The notes: a model not told the origin generated them from the letters alone. Shown: positions 10,083-20,016, numbered from the stretch's first letter. The stretch: DNA of 64,000 bases from Variibacter sp. (GCA_039808325.1 JBDHSU010000007.1:665-64664); one strand, 5' to 3'. Numbers and translations are program-made.

Positions 10083-10511
10083 TCATGTCACGCTCGCCTC
10101 GATCGCCTCCATATCGTCATCGGACAGGCCGAAATGGTGACCGATCTCGTGGATGAGAACGTGGACGATCACCGCCGCCAGCGTCTCCTCATGCTCGGCC
10201 CAGTAGTCGAGCATCGGCCGCCGGTAGAGCCACACCATGTTGGGCATCTGTCCGGTGACGGCGGCATCGGACTGGAACGGCAGACCGACGCCCTGGAACA
10301 AGCCCATGAGGTCGAACGGGTCGTCGATCCGCATGTCGCGCAGCACCTCCTCCGTCGCGAAGTCGGTGACCCGGATGACGAGATGTCCGCACATGGTGCG
10401 GAATTCGTCCGGCAGGCGGGCGAACTCCTCCCGCGCGAGCACCTCGATGTCGGTGAGGGAGGGCGCGACGAAATCGCGCCAGGCGTTCGGGTCAGCGGGA
10501 GCGTCGGCCAT
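10083..10511 (-). CDS. Small zinc metallopeptidase family protein (DUF1025-like)
   Basis: 142 aa with HEIGHHFG zinc motif close to the C-terminus. Confidence 0.75.
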   Translation of the reverse strand: MADAPADPNAWRDFVAPSLTDIEVLAREEFARLPDEFRTMCGHLVIRVTDFATEEVLRDMRIDDPFDLMGLFQGVGLPFQSDAAVTGQMPNMVWLYRRPMLDYWAEHEETLAAVIVHVLIHEIGHHFGLSDDDMEAIEASVT

Positions 10512-10662
10512 GGTGCCGTGACATGACGCGATCCGTGACCTCGACTCAAGGGTGCTGTTGCCGCGGCGCGGGACCTAAACTCCGATGTCATCCCGGGCAA
10601 GCGGCACCGCCGCGAGACCCGGGACCCATGATTCCCAGCCTAACGAAGCGCCGGGAAACGCG

Positions 10663-11391
10663 TCACAGCGTCAGGAACTCGCGCTGCATCGCCTCGTCGG
10701 CGGCGAGCGCGGCGACGGTGCCGTGCCAGCGCACCTGCCCTTTCTCCAGCGCGTAGACGCGATCGGCGACGAGTGCCGCGAAATGCACGTTCTGCTCGGA
10801 GAGAAGGATCGCCAGGCCCTGCTTCTTGAGTTCCAGGATCGTCGCCGCCATCTGCTCGACGATCACCGGCGCGACGCCCTCCGACGGCTCGTCGAGCAAA
10901 AGCAGCAGCGGATTGCCCATCAGCGTGCGCGCGACGCTGAGCATCTGCTGCTCGCCGCCGCTCATGCGGCCGCCGGGCCGGTCCGGCATATCGGCCAGAT
11001 TGGGAAACAGCGCGAAGACCTTCTCGACCGTCCAGACAGGCGCCGGCCGACCGTCATCGAACTGACGCGGCGGCTGGCGGCCGACGTCGAGATTTTCCAT
11101 CACCGTCAGGTCGGTGAAGATACGCCGGTCCTCCGGGGTGAAGCCGATGCCGAGGCGCGCGCGCTCGTACGGCCGCAGCGCCGCGATATCGCGGCCTGAG
11201 AAACGCACGATGCCGCTGCGCTTCGCGACCAGCCCCATGATCGATTCGAGTGTCGTCGACTTCCCCGCGCCGTTGCGCCCCATGAGCGCGACGACCTCTC
11301 CGCGCGCGACGTCGAGGCTCACGCCGCTCAGGATCTGCGCCGCGCCGTACCACGCGTCGAGCTTCTCGACGGAGAGCAAGGCGCCGCTCAC
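10663..11391 (-). CDS. Branched-chain amino acid type ABC transporter ATP-binding protein (LivF-like)
   Basis: Walker A GRNGAGKST, signature SGGEQQML, Walker B LLLLDEPS. GTG start overlapping the upstream stop (GTGA). Confidence 0.9.
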   Translation of the reverse strand: MSGALLSVEKLDAWYGAAQILSGVSLDVARGEVVALMGRNGAGKSTTLESIMGLVAKRSGIVRFSGRDIAALRPYERARLGIGFTPEDRRIFTDLTVMENLDVGRQPPRQFDDGRPAPVWTVEKVFALFPNLADMPDRPGGRMSGGEQQMLSVARTLMGNPLLLLLDEPSEGVAPVIVEQMAATILELKKQGLAILLSEQNVHFAALVADRVYALEKGQVRWHGTVAALAADEAMQREFLTL

Positions 11392-12158
11392 GGCGGGGCC
11401 CCGGCGCGCTCGAAGGTCTTGCCGGTGCCGAAATAGACTTCGCGCACCATGGCGTCGGCGCGGATCGATTGCGGATCGCCGTCGGCGATCAGCTTGCCGC
11501 GGGCGAGAACCAGGATGCGGTCGGCATGGGCGAAGACCACGTCCATCGCGTGCTCGGTGAACAGCACCGCGACCTTGCGCTCGATGACGATGCGCTTGAC
11601 CAGCGCGAGCAGGTCGTGGCGTTCACGCGGCGCCATGCCGGCGGTCGGCTCGTCCATCAGCAACACGCGCGGCGCGTTGGCGAGCGCCAGCGCCAGTTCG
11701 ACGCGCTTCACGTCGCCGTAAGCGAGCTCGCGACACGCCGCATCGGCCGCATCATGCATGCCGACGAGCGCCAACAGTTCCAGCGCCTCCGCCCGGTGCC
11801 GCGCGGCGGCCGGCTTCCAGAGCCGCAGCGTTTCGCCGTGATGCGAAAGCAGCGCCATCTGCACGTTCTCGACGACGGTCATCGAGCCGAACGCCGCCGC
11901 GACCTGGAAGGTGCGCCCGACGCCGCGCCGCCAGATCGCTCGCGAGGGAAGGCCGGTGATGTCGTCGCCGTCGAGCGTTACCTTTCCGCTGTCGGGCGCG
12001 AGCTGGCCGTTGATGATGTTGAAGCAGGTGGACTTGCCGGCGCCGTTCGGACCGATCAGCGCGAGGAACTCCCCGGCCGCGAGATCGAAGCTCACGCCGT
12101 CGACGGCGCGCACGCCGCCGAAGGCCTTGGTGACGCCGCGCAGCGACAACAGCGTCAT
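11388..12158 (-). CDS. Branched-chain amino acid type ABC transporter ATP-binding protein (LivG-like)
   Basis: C-terminal 256 codons of track ORF 11388..13283. ATG 12158 overlaps the permease stop (ATGA). MTLLSLRGVTKAFGG..., GPNGAGKST, LLMDEPTAGM. Confidence 0.9.
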   Translation of the reverse strand: MTLLSLRGVTKAFGGVRAVDGVSFDLAAGEFLALIGPNGAGKSTCFNIINGQLAPDSGKVTLDGDDITGLPSRAIWRRGVGRTFQVAAAFGSMTVVENVQMALLSHHGETLRLWKPAAARHRAEALELLALVGMHDAADAACRELAYGDVKRVELALALANAPRVLLMDEPTAGMAPRERHDLLALVKRIVIERKVAVLFTEHAMDVVFAHADRILVLARGKLIADGDPQSIRADAMVREVYFGTGKTFERAGAPP

Positions 12159-14056
12159 GACGCCTCCGAGGATCTCGCGCCCGCGCCGCGCCCGCGCAGA
12201 TGCGAGAACAGGCCGGCTATTCCGCCGGGCGCGAGCAGGACCAGCAGCAGGATGATGCCGCCGAGCAGCGCGCGCCAATACTCCGTCTGGCGCGCGACCA
12301 GATCCTGCAACAGCGTGAAGGCCGACGCGCCGACGACCGGCCCGATCAGCGATTGCACGCCGCCGAGCAACACCATGACCAGCGCGTCGATCGAACGTCC
12401 GATCGCGATCGTCTCCGGCGAAATCGAGCCCTTGGCGAAGGCGAAGACGCCGCCGGCGACGCCCGCGGCCGCGCCGGCGATGGCGAAGGCGAGCCAGTGC
12501 ACGCGCTTCACGTCGATGCCGATCGCTTCCGCGCGCAGCGGCGAATCGCGCCCCGCCCGCATGGCATAGCCGAACGGCGCGAACAGCACGCGCCGCAGCG
12601 CCAGCACACCGAGCGCCGCCAACCCGAGCGCCAGATAGAAATAGCCGGCGCGCGTATCGAACGGAGCGGACGGCCAGATGCCGACGACGCCGTTGGACCC
12701 GCCCGTCACCTCCTCCCACTGGAAGACGACCGACCAGACGATCTGCGCGAAGGCGAGCGTCAGCATGGCGAGATAGACGCCGGCGAGGCGCACTGCGAAC
12801 CAGCCGAAAAAGAGCGCTCCGGCAAGCGCGACAAGCAGCGCGACGACGAGCGCCAAGGGAAACGACAACGCCAGCGTCTTGACCGCGAGCGCCGCGCCAT
12901 AGGCGCCGAGCCCGAAATAAGCGGCGTGGCCGAACGAGGCCATGCCGCCGGGCCCCATGATGAAGTGCAGGCTCGCCGCGAACAGGATCGCGATCATCAC
13001 GTCGATGCCGAGGACGAGCGCATAGGGCTCGCCCTTCGCAAGGAGCGGTAACAGCACCAGCACGACAAGGACGGCGGCGCCCGCGAGCTTCAGCGCCGGC
13101 GACGCCGGCCGCAGCGGCTCGTCCGTCTCCGCCGCGCCGCGCACCGCGGCCTGCGGCTGGCCGAGCAGCCCGTAGGGGCGCACGATCAGCACCACCGCCA
13201 TCACCAGGAATTCCGCGACCAGCGTGAACTTGGAGACGTTCACCGCCACCCCCGCAATCTCGACGCCGCCGATCGCGATGCACAACGCCTTCACCTCCGC
13301 GATCAGGATCGCGGCCAGGAACGCGCCGGGAATCGAGCCCATGCCGCCGACCACCACGACGACGAAGGCGTCGCCGATGACGCCGAGATCGAGGCCAAGA
13401 TTGGCGGGCTCGCGCGCCATCTGCAGCGCGCCGCCAAGCCCGGCGAGCGCCGCGCCGAGCGCGAACACGGCGGTGAAGAGAAGCGCCTGATTGACGCCGA
13501 GCGCGCCGAGCATTTCGCGGTCCTGCGTCGCCGCGCGAATGAGCCGGCCGAAGCGGGTGCGCGCGAGCGTGAGATGCAGCGCGATGAGGACGGCGATGCC
13601 GGCGGCGATCAGGAACAGGTCATATTGCGGGAACCGCCGCCCGAGGATCTCGACGGCGCCGCGCAGGCCCGGCGCGCGCGGCCCGAGAATGTCCTCCGGT
13701 CCCCACAGCCACAGCGTCGCGTCGCTGATGACGAGAAGGAGCGCGAAGGTCGCGAGCAGTTGGAACAGCTCCGGCGCGCGATAGATGCGGCGCAGAAGCA
13801 CGATCTCGATCGTCGCGCCAAGCACGCCGACGATCAGCGCCGTCGCGGCGATGCCGCCCCAGAACCCGAGCGCACCGCCCACCTGTCCCGCGATCGTCGC
13901 GGCGAGGTAGACGCCGAGCATGTAGAACGAGCCGTGCGCGATATTGACGATGCGCGTGACGCCGAAGATCAGCGACAGCCCCGCGGCGACACAGAACAGC
14001 CCCGCCGCCGAGGCGAGGCCGTTGAGCGCCTGGAACAAAAGCGCGTCGAGGGTCAC
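12155..14056 (-). CDS. Fused LivH-LivM type ABC permease
   Basis: 633 aa. N-half LivH-like (LFQALNGLASAAGLF..IVNIAHGSFYMLG), C-half LivM-like (ASFGHAAYFGLGAYGAALAV). GTG start at 14056. Confidence 0.88.
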   Translation of the reverse strand: MTLDALLFQALNGLASAAGLFCVAAGLSLIFGVTRIVNIAHGSFYMLGVYLAATIAGQVGGALGFWGGIAATALIVGVLGATIEIVLLRRIYRAPELFQLLATFALLLVISDATLWLWGPEDILGPRAPGLRGAVEILGRRFPQYDLFLIAAGIAVLIALHLTLARTRFGRLIRAATQDREMLGALGVNQALLFTAVFALGAALAGLGGALQMAREPANLGLDLGVIGDAFVVVVVGGMGSIPGAFLAAILIAEVKALCIAIGGVEIAGVAVNVSKFTLVAEFLVMAVVLIVRPYGLLGQPQAAVRGAAETDEPLRPASPALKLAGAAVLVVLVLLPLLAKGEPYALVLGIDVMIAILFAASLHFIMGPGGMASFGHAAYFGLGAYGAALAVKTLALSFPLALVVALLVALAGALFFGWFAVRLAGVYLAMLTLAFAQIVWSVVFQWEEVTGGSNGVVGIWPSAPFDTRAGYFYLALGLAALGVLALRRVLFAPFGYAMRAGRDSPLRAEAIGIDVKRVHWLAFAIAGAAAGVAGGVFAFAKGSISPETIAIGRSIDALVMVLLGGVQSLIGPVVGASAFTLLQDLVARQTEYWRALLGGIILLLVLLAPGGIAGLFSHLRGRGAGARSSEAS

Positions 14057-14063
14057 GGCTTAT

Positions 14064-14183
14064 CCCTCCCCGCAGGGGAGGGTAGCTCCGAGCGAAGCGA
14101 GGAGACGGGTGGGGTCATGGCTCGGTCATATCATCCCCACCCGGCCGCCGCTGTGCGGCGTCCACCCTCCCCTCCGGGGAGGG
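14064..14183. repeat. Family-A double-hairpin intergenic element
   Basis: CCCTCCCC-GCA-GGGGAGGG (14064-14082) ... GGGTGGGGTCAT...ATCATCCCCACCC ... CCCTCCCC-TCC-GGGGAGGG (14165-14183). Fills the gap between the SBP gene and the permease gene. Confidence 0.85.
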
Positions 14184-14189
14184 ATGCAC

Positions 14190-15398
14190 TCACTGTCCGG
14201 CGGGTCGGAGCTTCGCGGCCTCGGCGTCGGACGGCAGCACGCTCGCGCCGTCGACATACTTGGCGTCGACCATCACACCCTTGCCGTCCTTGATCGCAAG
14301 CTTGCCGACGAAGGCGCCCATGGTCGCCTGGTGATCGCTGGCGCGGTAGACAAAGGGGCCGAAGGGGCCGTCGACCTTCAGGTCTCGGAAGGCTTCGACG
14401 AGCTTTTCGGGATCGGTCGAGCCGGCCTTGGCGATGCCGGCGGCAAGCGACTTGATGGTGGTGTAGCCGACGATGGAGCCGAGACGCGGATAGTCGTTCC
14501 AGCGCTTCTGATAGGCGGCGAGGAATGCCTTGTGCTCCGGCGTGTCGATCGTCTGCCAGGGATAGCCGGTGACGGTCCAGCCGACCGGCGTCTCGTCCTT
14601 CAGCGGGTCGAGATATTCCGGCTCGCCCGAAAGAAGGCTGACGACGAAGCGATCCTTCAGCACGCCGCGCGTATTGGCCTCGCGCACGAACTTGGCGAGA
14701 TCGGCGGCGAACAGCACGTTGAAGATCGCATCGGGCTTGGCGTCGTCGATCGCCTGCACGACGGCGCCGGCATCGATCTTGCCGAGCGGCGGCGCCTGCT
14801 CGGTGACAAACTCGACGTCGGGCTGCGCCTTCTTGAGCAACGTCTTGAACGTCTGCGCCGCCGACTGGCCGTATTCGTAGTTCGGGTAGACGATCGCCCA
14901 GCGCTTCTTTTGCGCCGCGATGGCGGCGGGCATCAGCATCGCCGTCTGCATGTAGGTGGAGGCGCGCAGGCGATAGGTGTACTTGTTGCCGTTGGCCCAC
15001 GTGATCTTGTCGGTCAGCGGCTCGGAGGCGAGAAAGAACGTCTTGTTCTTGCCGGCGTATTCAGCAACGGCGAGCCCGACATGCGAGAGGAACGTACCGG
15101 TGAGCAGCGCGACACCCTCGCGCGTCATCAGCTCTTCCGCCGCGCGCACCGCGTCGCCGGGATTGGAGCCGTCGTCGCGATGCACGACCTCGAGCTTCTT
15201 TCCGTTGACGCCGCCGGCCGCGTTAACCTCCTCGACCGCAAGCTCGATCGCCTTCTTGTAAGGCTCGAGGAATGCGGGCTGCGACTTGTAGCTGTTGAGC
15301 TCGCCGATCTTGATCGTCTGCGCATGAGCGGCCGACGCGAAAGCACCCGCCAGCGCGGCTGCGCAGGCGGCGGAGAAGAGATGACGAACCACGGTCAT
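14190..15398 (-). CDS. LIV-type (Peripla_BP_6) ABC substrate-binding protein
   Basis: Signal peptide MTVVRHLFSAACAAALAGAFASAAHA from ATG 15398, so the track start 15458 is likely too long. Mature part has the Leu/Ile/Val-binding-protein-like layout. Confidence 0.88.
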   Translation of the reverse strand: MTVVRHLFSAACAAALAGAFASAAHAQTIKIGELNSYKSQPAFLEPYKKAIELAVEEVNAAGGVNGKKLEVVHRDDGSNPGDAVRAAEELMTREGVALLTGTFLSHVGLAVAEYAGKNKTFFLASEPLTDKITWANGNKYTYRLRASTYMQTAMLMPAAIAAQKKRWAIVYPNYEYGQSAAQTFKTLLKKAQPDVEFVTEQAPPLGKIDAGAVVQAIDDAKPDAIFNVLFAADLAKFVREANTRGVLKDRFVVSLLSGEPEYLDPLKDETPVGWTVTGYPWQTIDTPEHKAFLAAYQKRWNDYPRLGSIVGYTTIKSLAAGIAKAGSTDPEKLVEAFRDLKVDGPFGPFVYRASDHQATMGAFVGKLAIKDGKGVMVDAKYVDGASVLPSDAEAAKLRPAGQ

Positions 15399-15740
15399 GG
15401 ACAAATCGCCTTTTTGAAAAACCCGCGCCGCCCCCCGTCGCGGAAAATTTAAGATCACTCGCCTCGACGCGCCAGCCAGGACCGTTCCCCACCCTATCGG
15501 CGCTTATTTCGCGCCATCCCGCTTGATTCCGCCGGACGTGGCCGCCGGCATCCAGATCCCCAAATCGCGGGTGCCGGACGCTATTCAAGTCGCGCCATGA
15601 GCGCAACCCGGTGCGACGCATAGGCGCCCGCTGCGGCCGCGCTTGAACTCCCGGGCACGGCAGACGACACTCCGGGCCGCCGAGCCCATCCGGCAGGCTG
15701 TTCAAGCTCCGAGGCCGCCGGGCCTCAAAACGAGTGCGCC

Positions 15741-17039
15741 ATGGTCGATTTCGCGACACGGGTCCACAACCACAATTACCGGTTGGATCCGATCATCCGT
15801 TCGCTGCTGGATACCGACTTCTACAAGTTCCTGATGCACCAGTTCATCTGGATGCTCTATCGGGACGTGCCGGTGAAGTTCCAGCTCATCAACCGCACGA
15901 CGAGCGTGCGGCTGGCGGACGACATTCCCGAACATGTCCTGCGCGCGCAGCTCGATTACGTCAAAGGTCTGCGATTCCGCGAGAACGAAGTCGTCTGGCT
16001 CTCGGGAAATAAATTCTACGGCCGGCGCGACATCTTCCGGCCCGAATACATGGCGTATCTGCGCGAATTCGCGCTGCCCGACTATCATCTCGAAGTCGTC
16101 GACGGACAATATCGGCTGAGCTTCGAGGGAAGCTGGGCGGACGTCACGATGTGGGAGATCTATGCGCTCGCGATCTGCAGCGAGCTGCGCTCGCGCGCGG
16201 CGATGGCAAGCCTCGACAAGTTCGAGCTCGACGTTCTCTACGCGCAGGCCAAGGCCAAGATGTGGGGCAAGATCCAAAGCCTGCGGACATGGCCCGACAT
16301 CCGCTTGGCCGAGTTCGGCACGCGGCGGCGCCACGGCTTCCTCTGGCAGGAATGGGTGGTGGAGGCGCTTGCCGACGAGCTCGGCCCCGCCTTCGTCGGC
16401 ACGTCGAATGCCTACCTCGCCTTCAAGCATGGCTACGAGGCGATCGGAACCAACTCGCACGAATTGCCGATGGTCAGCGCCTGCCTCGCCAAGACGGATC
16501 AGGAGCTGAAAGCCTCGCAATACAAGGTGCTGGAGAACTGGCAGAAGGTCTACGACGGCGAGCTTCTGATCATGCTGCCGGATACGTTCGGGGCGACGCA
16601 ATTCCTGCGCGACGCGCCGGACTGGGTCGCCGACTGGACGGGCATGCGCTTCGACAGCAAGGAGCCGTTCGCCGCCGGCGAGGAGATGATCGCCTGGTAC
16701 CAGTCGCGCGGGCGTGATCCGCGCACCAAGCGCGGCATGTTCAGCGACGCGCTTGACGTCGACCTGATCGGTAAACTCCACACCGCCTTCCGCGGCCGCA
16801 TCCGCGAAAGCTTCGGCTGGGGCACGCTCGCCACCAACGACTTCCGCGGCTGCCACCCGCGCGGCGCCGACACGCTCGACCCGATCAGCCTCGTCTGCAA
16901 GGTCGTGGCGGCAAACGGTCGCAGCGCCGTGAAGCTTTCCGACAATCCGGCGAAAGCCAGCGGCAGCCCCGAGGAAATCAAGCGCTATCTGCGCGTCTTC
17001 GGGCAGGACGGCTTCGACCAGCGCGCGCTCGTCGCCTGA
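15741..17039 (+). CDS. pncB: Nicotinate phosphoribosyltransferase
   Basis: 432 aa. RSLLDTDFYKFLMHQ, FGTRRRHGF and overall PncB layout. Confidence 0.92.
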   Translation: MVDFATRVHNHNYRLDPIIRSLLDTDFYKFLMHQFIWMLYRDVPVKFQLINRTTSVRLADDIPEHVLRAQLDYVKGLRFRENEVVWLSGNKFYGRRDIFRPEYMAYLREFALPDYHLEVVDGQYRLSFEGSWADVTMWEIYALAICSELRSRAAMASLDKFELDVLYAQAKAKMWGKIQSLRTWPDIRLAEFGTRRRHGFLWQEWVVEALADELGPAFVGTSNAYLAFKHGYEAIGTNSHELPMVSACLAKTDQELKASQYKVLENWQKVYDGELLIMLPDTFGATQFLRDAPDWVADWTGMRFDSKEPFAAGEEMIAWYQSRGRDPRTKRGMFSDALDVDLIGKLHTAFRGRIRESFGWGTLATNDFRGCHPRGADTLDPISLVCKVVAANGRSAVKLSDNPAKASGSPEEIKRYLRVFGQDGFDQRALVA

Positions 17040-17058
17040 ACCATAACACTCCGGACAG

Positions 17059-18165
17059 ATGCCCATGACCACGCAGCGCGCGAACACGACACGCCTTCTC
17101 GTCCTCGAAGGCGACGGCATCGGCCCCGAGATCATGGCCGCGACCCTCGCCGTGCTCGCTGCCGCCGACCGCCGCTACAACCTCGGGCTCGCTTACGAGA
17201 GCGCGCAGATCGGCTTTCCGGCACTGAAGGCGCAGGGCACGACGTTTCCCGACGCCGTGTTCGAGAAGGCGAAGGCGGCGGACGGCGTCATCCTCGGCCC
17301 GGTGTCTCACCAGGACTATCCGCCGGTGGCGCAAGGCGGGGTCAACCCGTCCGGCGCGCTGCGCAAGCGGCTCGACCTCTACGCCAATATCCGTCCCGCG
17401 CGCTCGCGCGAGGGCTTTCCGCCCCGCTGCGGCAAGCCGGTCGATCTCGTGATCGTGCGCGAGAACACGGAGGGCTTCTACGCCGACCGCTCGATGTTCG
17501 TCGGCAACGGCGAGTTCATGCCGACGCCGGATGTCGCGCTTTCGGTGCGCAAGATCACGCGCGAGGGCTCGACCCGCATCGCGGAAGCCGCGTTCGCGCT
17601 GGCGATGCGGCGGCGGCGCAAAGTCACCGCCGTGCACAAGGCCAATGTGCTGCGCGTCTCCGACGGGCTGTTCCTCGAATGCGTGCGCGCCGTGCGCGAA
17701 CGCTACCCGCACGTGGACTACGAGGAGCGCATCGTCGACGCGATGGCGGCGCTGCTGGTGCGCGACGCCGGCGTCTTCGACGTGATCGTCGCAACCAACA
17801 TGTTCGGCGACATCCTCTCCGACCAGGCCTCGGAAATCGCCGGCAGCCTGGGGCTCGCGGCATCGGTCAACACCGGCGCCGCGCATGGCGTCGCGCAAGC
17901 GCAGCACGGCTCAGCGCCAGACATCGCGGGACAGGACCGCGCCAACCCCGCCTCGCTCATCGGCTCGGCGGCGATGTTGCTCGCCTGGCTCGGGGAGCGG
18001 CGCGGCGACGCCCATTTCATCGATGCGGCGGACGCGATCGAAGCCGCGCTCGACCGCGCCATCGCGACCCCGGAATGGCGCACCGCCGATCTCGGCGGGC
18101 CGTTGGGGACGAAGGCGTTCGGCGCGCGGGTGGCCGCTCTCGTCGCGGATCAGGCGAAGCCGTAA
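17059..18165 (+). CDS. Isocitrate/isopropylmalate/tartrate dehydrogenase family oxidative decarboxylase
   Basis: LEGDGIGPEI, VRENTEGFY, NMFGDILSD motifs. Substrate not assignable, so not called leuB. Confidence 0.85.
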   Translation: MPMTTQRANTTRLLVLEGDGIGPEIMAATLAVLAAADRRYNLGLAYESAQIGFPALKAQGTTFPDAVFEKAKAADGVILGPVSHQDYPPVAQGGVNPSGALRKRLDLYANIRPARSREGFPPRCGKPVDLVIVRENTEGFYADRSMFVGNGEFMPTPDVALSVRKITREGSTRIAEAAFALAMRRRRKVTAVHKANVLRVSDGLFLECVRAVRERYPHVDYEERIVDAMAALLVRDAGVFDVIVATNMFGDILSDQASEIAGSLGLAASVNTGAAHGVAQAQHGSAPDIAGQDRANPASLIGSAAMLLAWLGERRGDAHFIDAADAIEAALDRAIATPEWRTADLGGPLGTKAFGARVAALVADQAKP

Positions 18166-19016
18166 AGCTTCTCCGGGTTGTCGACGAGCAGCCTGCGCAG
18201 CATCGCGGCATCGAAGCACGTGCGCGTGAACGCGAGCAGCCCGCGCGTATCGATATCCTGATACGGCGTTTCGCGGTCATCGGCGATCGGCTTATGCGTA
18301 TGCGCCGGCGTGTGCGGCCAATCCGAACCCCAGACGACCTGCTCCGGATTGGCGTCGGCGAAGCGTTGCGCGAGCGGCACGATGCGAGGATCGACCGGAT
18401 CGTCCGCGATGCGGTACGTGCCCGAGAGCTTCACCCAGATCTTTCCGCGCGCAAGCAGGCGGTGCAGCATCCGCGTGGGTGCACCGTCCTCCTCGCCCGG
18501 CTTCACCAGGCCGAAATGGTCGACGACGAGCGGCACCGGCAACGTTTCGATCGTGGAAGCGAGCGCCACGAGCGTCTCGGTCTCCGCGAAGGTTTGCAGG
18601 TGCCAGCCGTTGCGCGCGCAAAGCGCCGCAGCGGCTTGAAAGTCGCCGCGCACCGCCTCGAGCCCGCGCAGGGCGCTGCTGGCGACATTGACACGCAGCC
18701 CGCGCACGCCGCGGCGATGCAGGTCGTCGAGATCGGACCCGGCGGTGCCGGGCGCGAGCACCACGACGCCGCGCGCGCGATTCCCGAGCGCATCGATCGC
18801 GTCCATCATGCAGGCATTGTCGGTGCCGTAGACGCTCGGCTGCACCAGCACCACGCGGTCAAGCCCGATCCGCGCCAGCATCGCCTCCAGCGCGTCGCGC
18901 GGCGCATCCATCGGCGTATAGGTGCGCTCGCGCGCCAGCGGGAATGTCGCCTTCGGGCCGATCACATGCACATGGCAATCGCAGGCGCCGCGCGGCGGGA
19001 AGGTCTCCGTCATCAC
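18150..19016 (-). CDS. Amidohydrolase_2 family hydrolase (LigI-like lactonase type)
   Basis: CDCHVHV near the N-terminus and WGSDWPH near the C-terminus. 288 aa. Confidence 0.78.
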   Translation of the reverse strand: MMTETFPPRGACDCHVHVIGPKATFPLARERTYTPMDAPRDALEAMLARIGLDRVVLVQPSVYGTDNACMMDAIDALGNRARGVVVLAPGTAGSDLDDLHRRGVRGLRVNVASSALRGLEAVRGDFQAAAALCARNGWHLQTFAETETLVALASTIETLPVPLVVDHFGLVKPGEEDGAPTRMLHRLLARGKIWVKLSGTYRIADDPVDPRIVPLAQRFADANPEQVVWGSDWPHTPAHTHKPIADDRETPYQDIDTRGLLAFTRTCFDAAMLRRLLVDNPEKLYGFA

Positions 19017-19780
19017 GCCGGGGCCTTCAGCTCGAATAAGGTCGTCGTTTCGAGCTTCTCACCAAACCATGCCGTCAGCCCCGCACGGCGGCCCTCGATA
19101 TAGGTTGGGATACCGTCTTTGAGGACCATGGGGACGTCGTGTCCGGGGACGAGCAGCGTATCCGGCCGCTTCGTCCATAGCTCCCAGACGCGCTCGACGG
19201 TGCGGCGGCTCGCGTCCTCGTCCATGGTCATATCGACGCTGCGGGACAGGATTTCGGCACGGTTCTTCGCGCAATCGCCGGTGAAAAGAACGTCGCGGTC
19301 GCCGCCGGCAAGATAGAACATCATGTGTCCCGGGGTGTGACCGGGCGAATCGTAAGTCGTGATGCCAGGCACGACCTCCTGCCCTTCGCGCAACACGATG
19401 AGTTGCGGCGAGATTTTCAGTTCACGGATGTAAAGCTCCGGAATCAGCGTATGGCCGATCGGCTGCGCCGCCGCCCACGCCAATTCCGCATTGCCGATAT
19501 AGACGCGCGCTTTCGGAAACATGATCCAGTTGATCGAATGGTCGTAATGCGCGTGCGTAAGGATGACGTCGGTGACGTCTGCCGTCGTCAAGCCGCGCTC
19601 CTTCAACTGCTCGACGATGACGCCGCGCATATTGAAGCCGCCGGCGTCGATCAGAACGACGCGGTCATGGCCGCGCAGGAGCGCAACGGTGCTCCAACCG
19701 AGCCCGCCGTGACAGACGGTCTTGCCGGGGAAGCCTTGGACGAGGATATCGATGGAATAATTCTGGGTGCGGATGGTCAT
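19013..19780 (-). CDS. MBL-fold metallo-hydrolase
   Basis: HAHYDH (HxHxDH), PGHTPGH, later GH. Stop overlaps the downstream start (ATGA). Confidence 0.85.
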   Translation of the reverse strand: MTIRTQNYSIDILVQGFPGKTVCHGGLGWSTVALLRGHDRVVLIDAGGFNMRGVIVEQLKERGLTTADVTDVILTHAHYDHSINWIMFPKARVYIGNAELAWAAAQPIGHTLIPELYIRELKISPQLIVLREGQEVVPGITTYDSPGHTPGHMMFYLAGGDRDVLFTGDCAKNRAEILSRSVDMTMDEDASRRTVERVWELWTKRPDTLLVPGHDVPMVLKDGIPTYIEGRRAGLTAWFGEKLETTTLFELKAPA

Positions 19781-19860
19781 AGGGCTATTTCAAGGGCGAT
19801 GGACCGCCTGGGTCAAGCCCGGCGATGACGACGCCGGCAGGTCGGCGCGTCGCGTGAAGG

Positions 19861-19989
19861 ACAGCCCTCATCCCGAGGAGCATCGCGCAGCGATGCGTCT
19901 CGAAGAATGGCCGCAATCTCGATCCGCTCAGGAAACCGACGCCATCCTTCGAGACGCGCCCTGCGGGCGCTCCTCAGGATGAGGGCTGT
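19861..19989. repeat. Family-B long palindromic element (variant)
   Basis: 21-bp terminal inverted repeats ACAGCCCTCATCCCGAGGAGC / GCTCCTCAGGATGAGGGCTGT (1 mismatch). Internal TCTCGAAGAATGG / CCATCCTTCGAGA boxes. Confidence 0.8.
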
Positions 19990-20016
19990 AAAAGCCCGAA
20001 ACGACGCTGGCAAACC

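Noticed and set aside
12159-13283. N-terminal 375 codons of the 631-aa track ORF 11388..13283
   Set aside because: Out-of-frame overlap with the fused LivHM permease. The ATP-binding domain starts at ATG 12158, which is ATGA-coupled to the permease stop.
15399-15740. 342-nt divergent spacer (SBP / pncB) with three TTCAAG-containing motifs, considered as an sRNA or operator cluster
   Set aside because: The motifs are short, irregularly spaced and in mixed orientation. I could identify no hairpin-terminator or promoter pair.
17059-18165. Calling this gene leuB because leuD is nearby
   Set aside because: Family membership is clear, but the N-terminus and context (convergent with lactonase-type genes, 9 kb from leuD) do not allow a LeuB assignment without a search. 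It is left as a family-level call.
18150-18165. 16-bp convergent overlap of the dehydrogenase and amidohydrolase 3' ends
   Set aside because: Short convergent overlaps are common in compact high-GC genomes. There is no evidence of functional antisense regulation.
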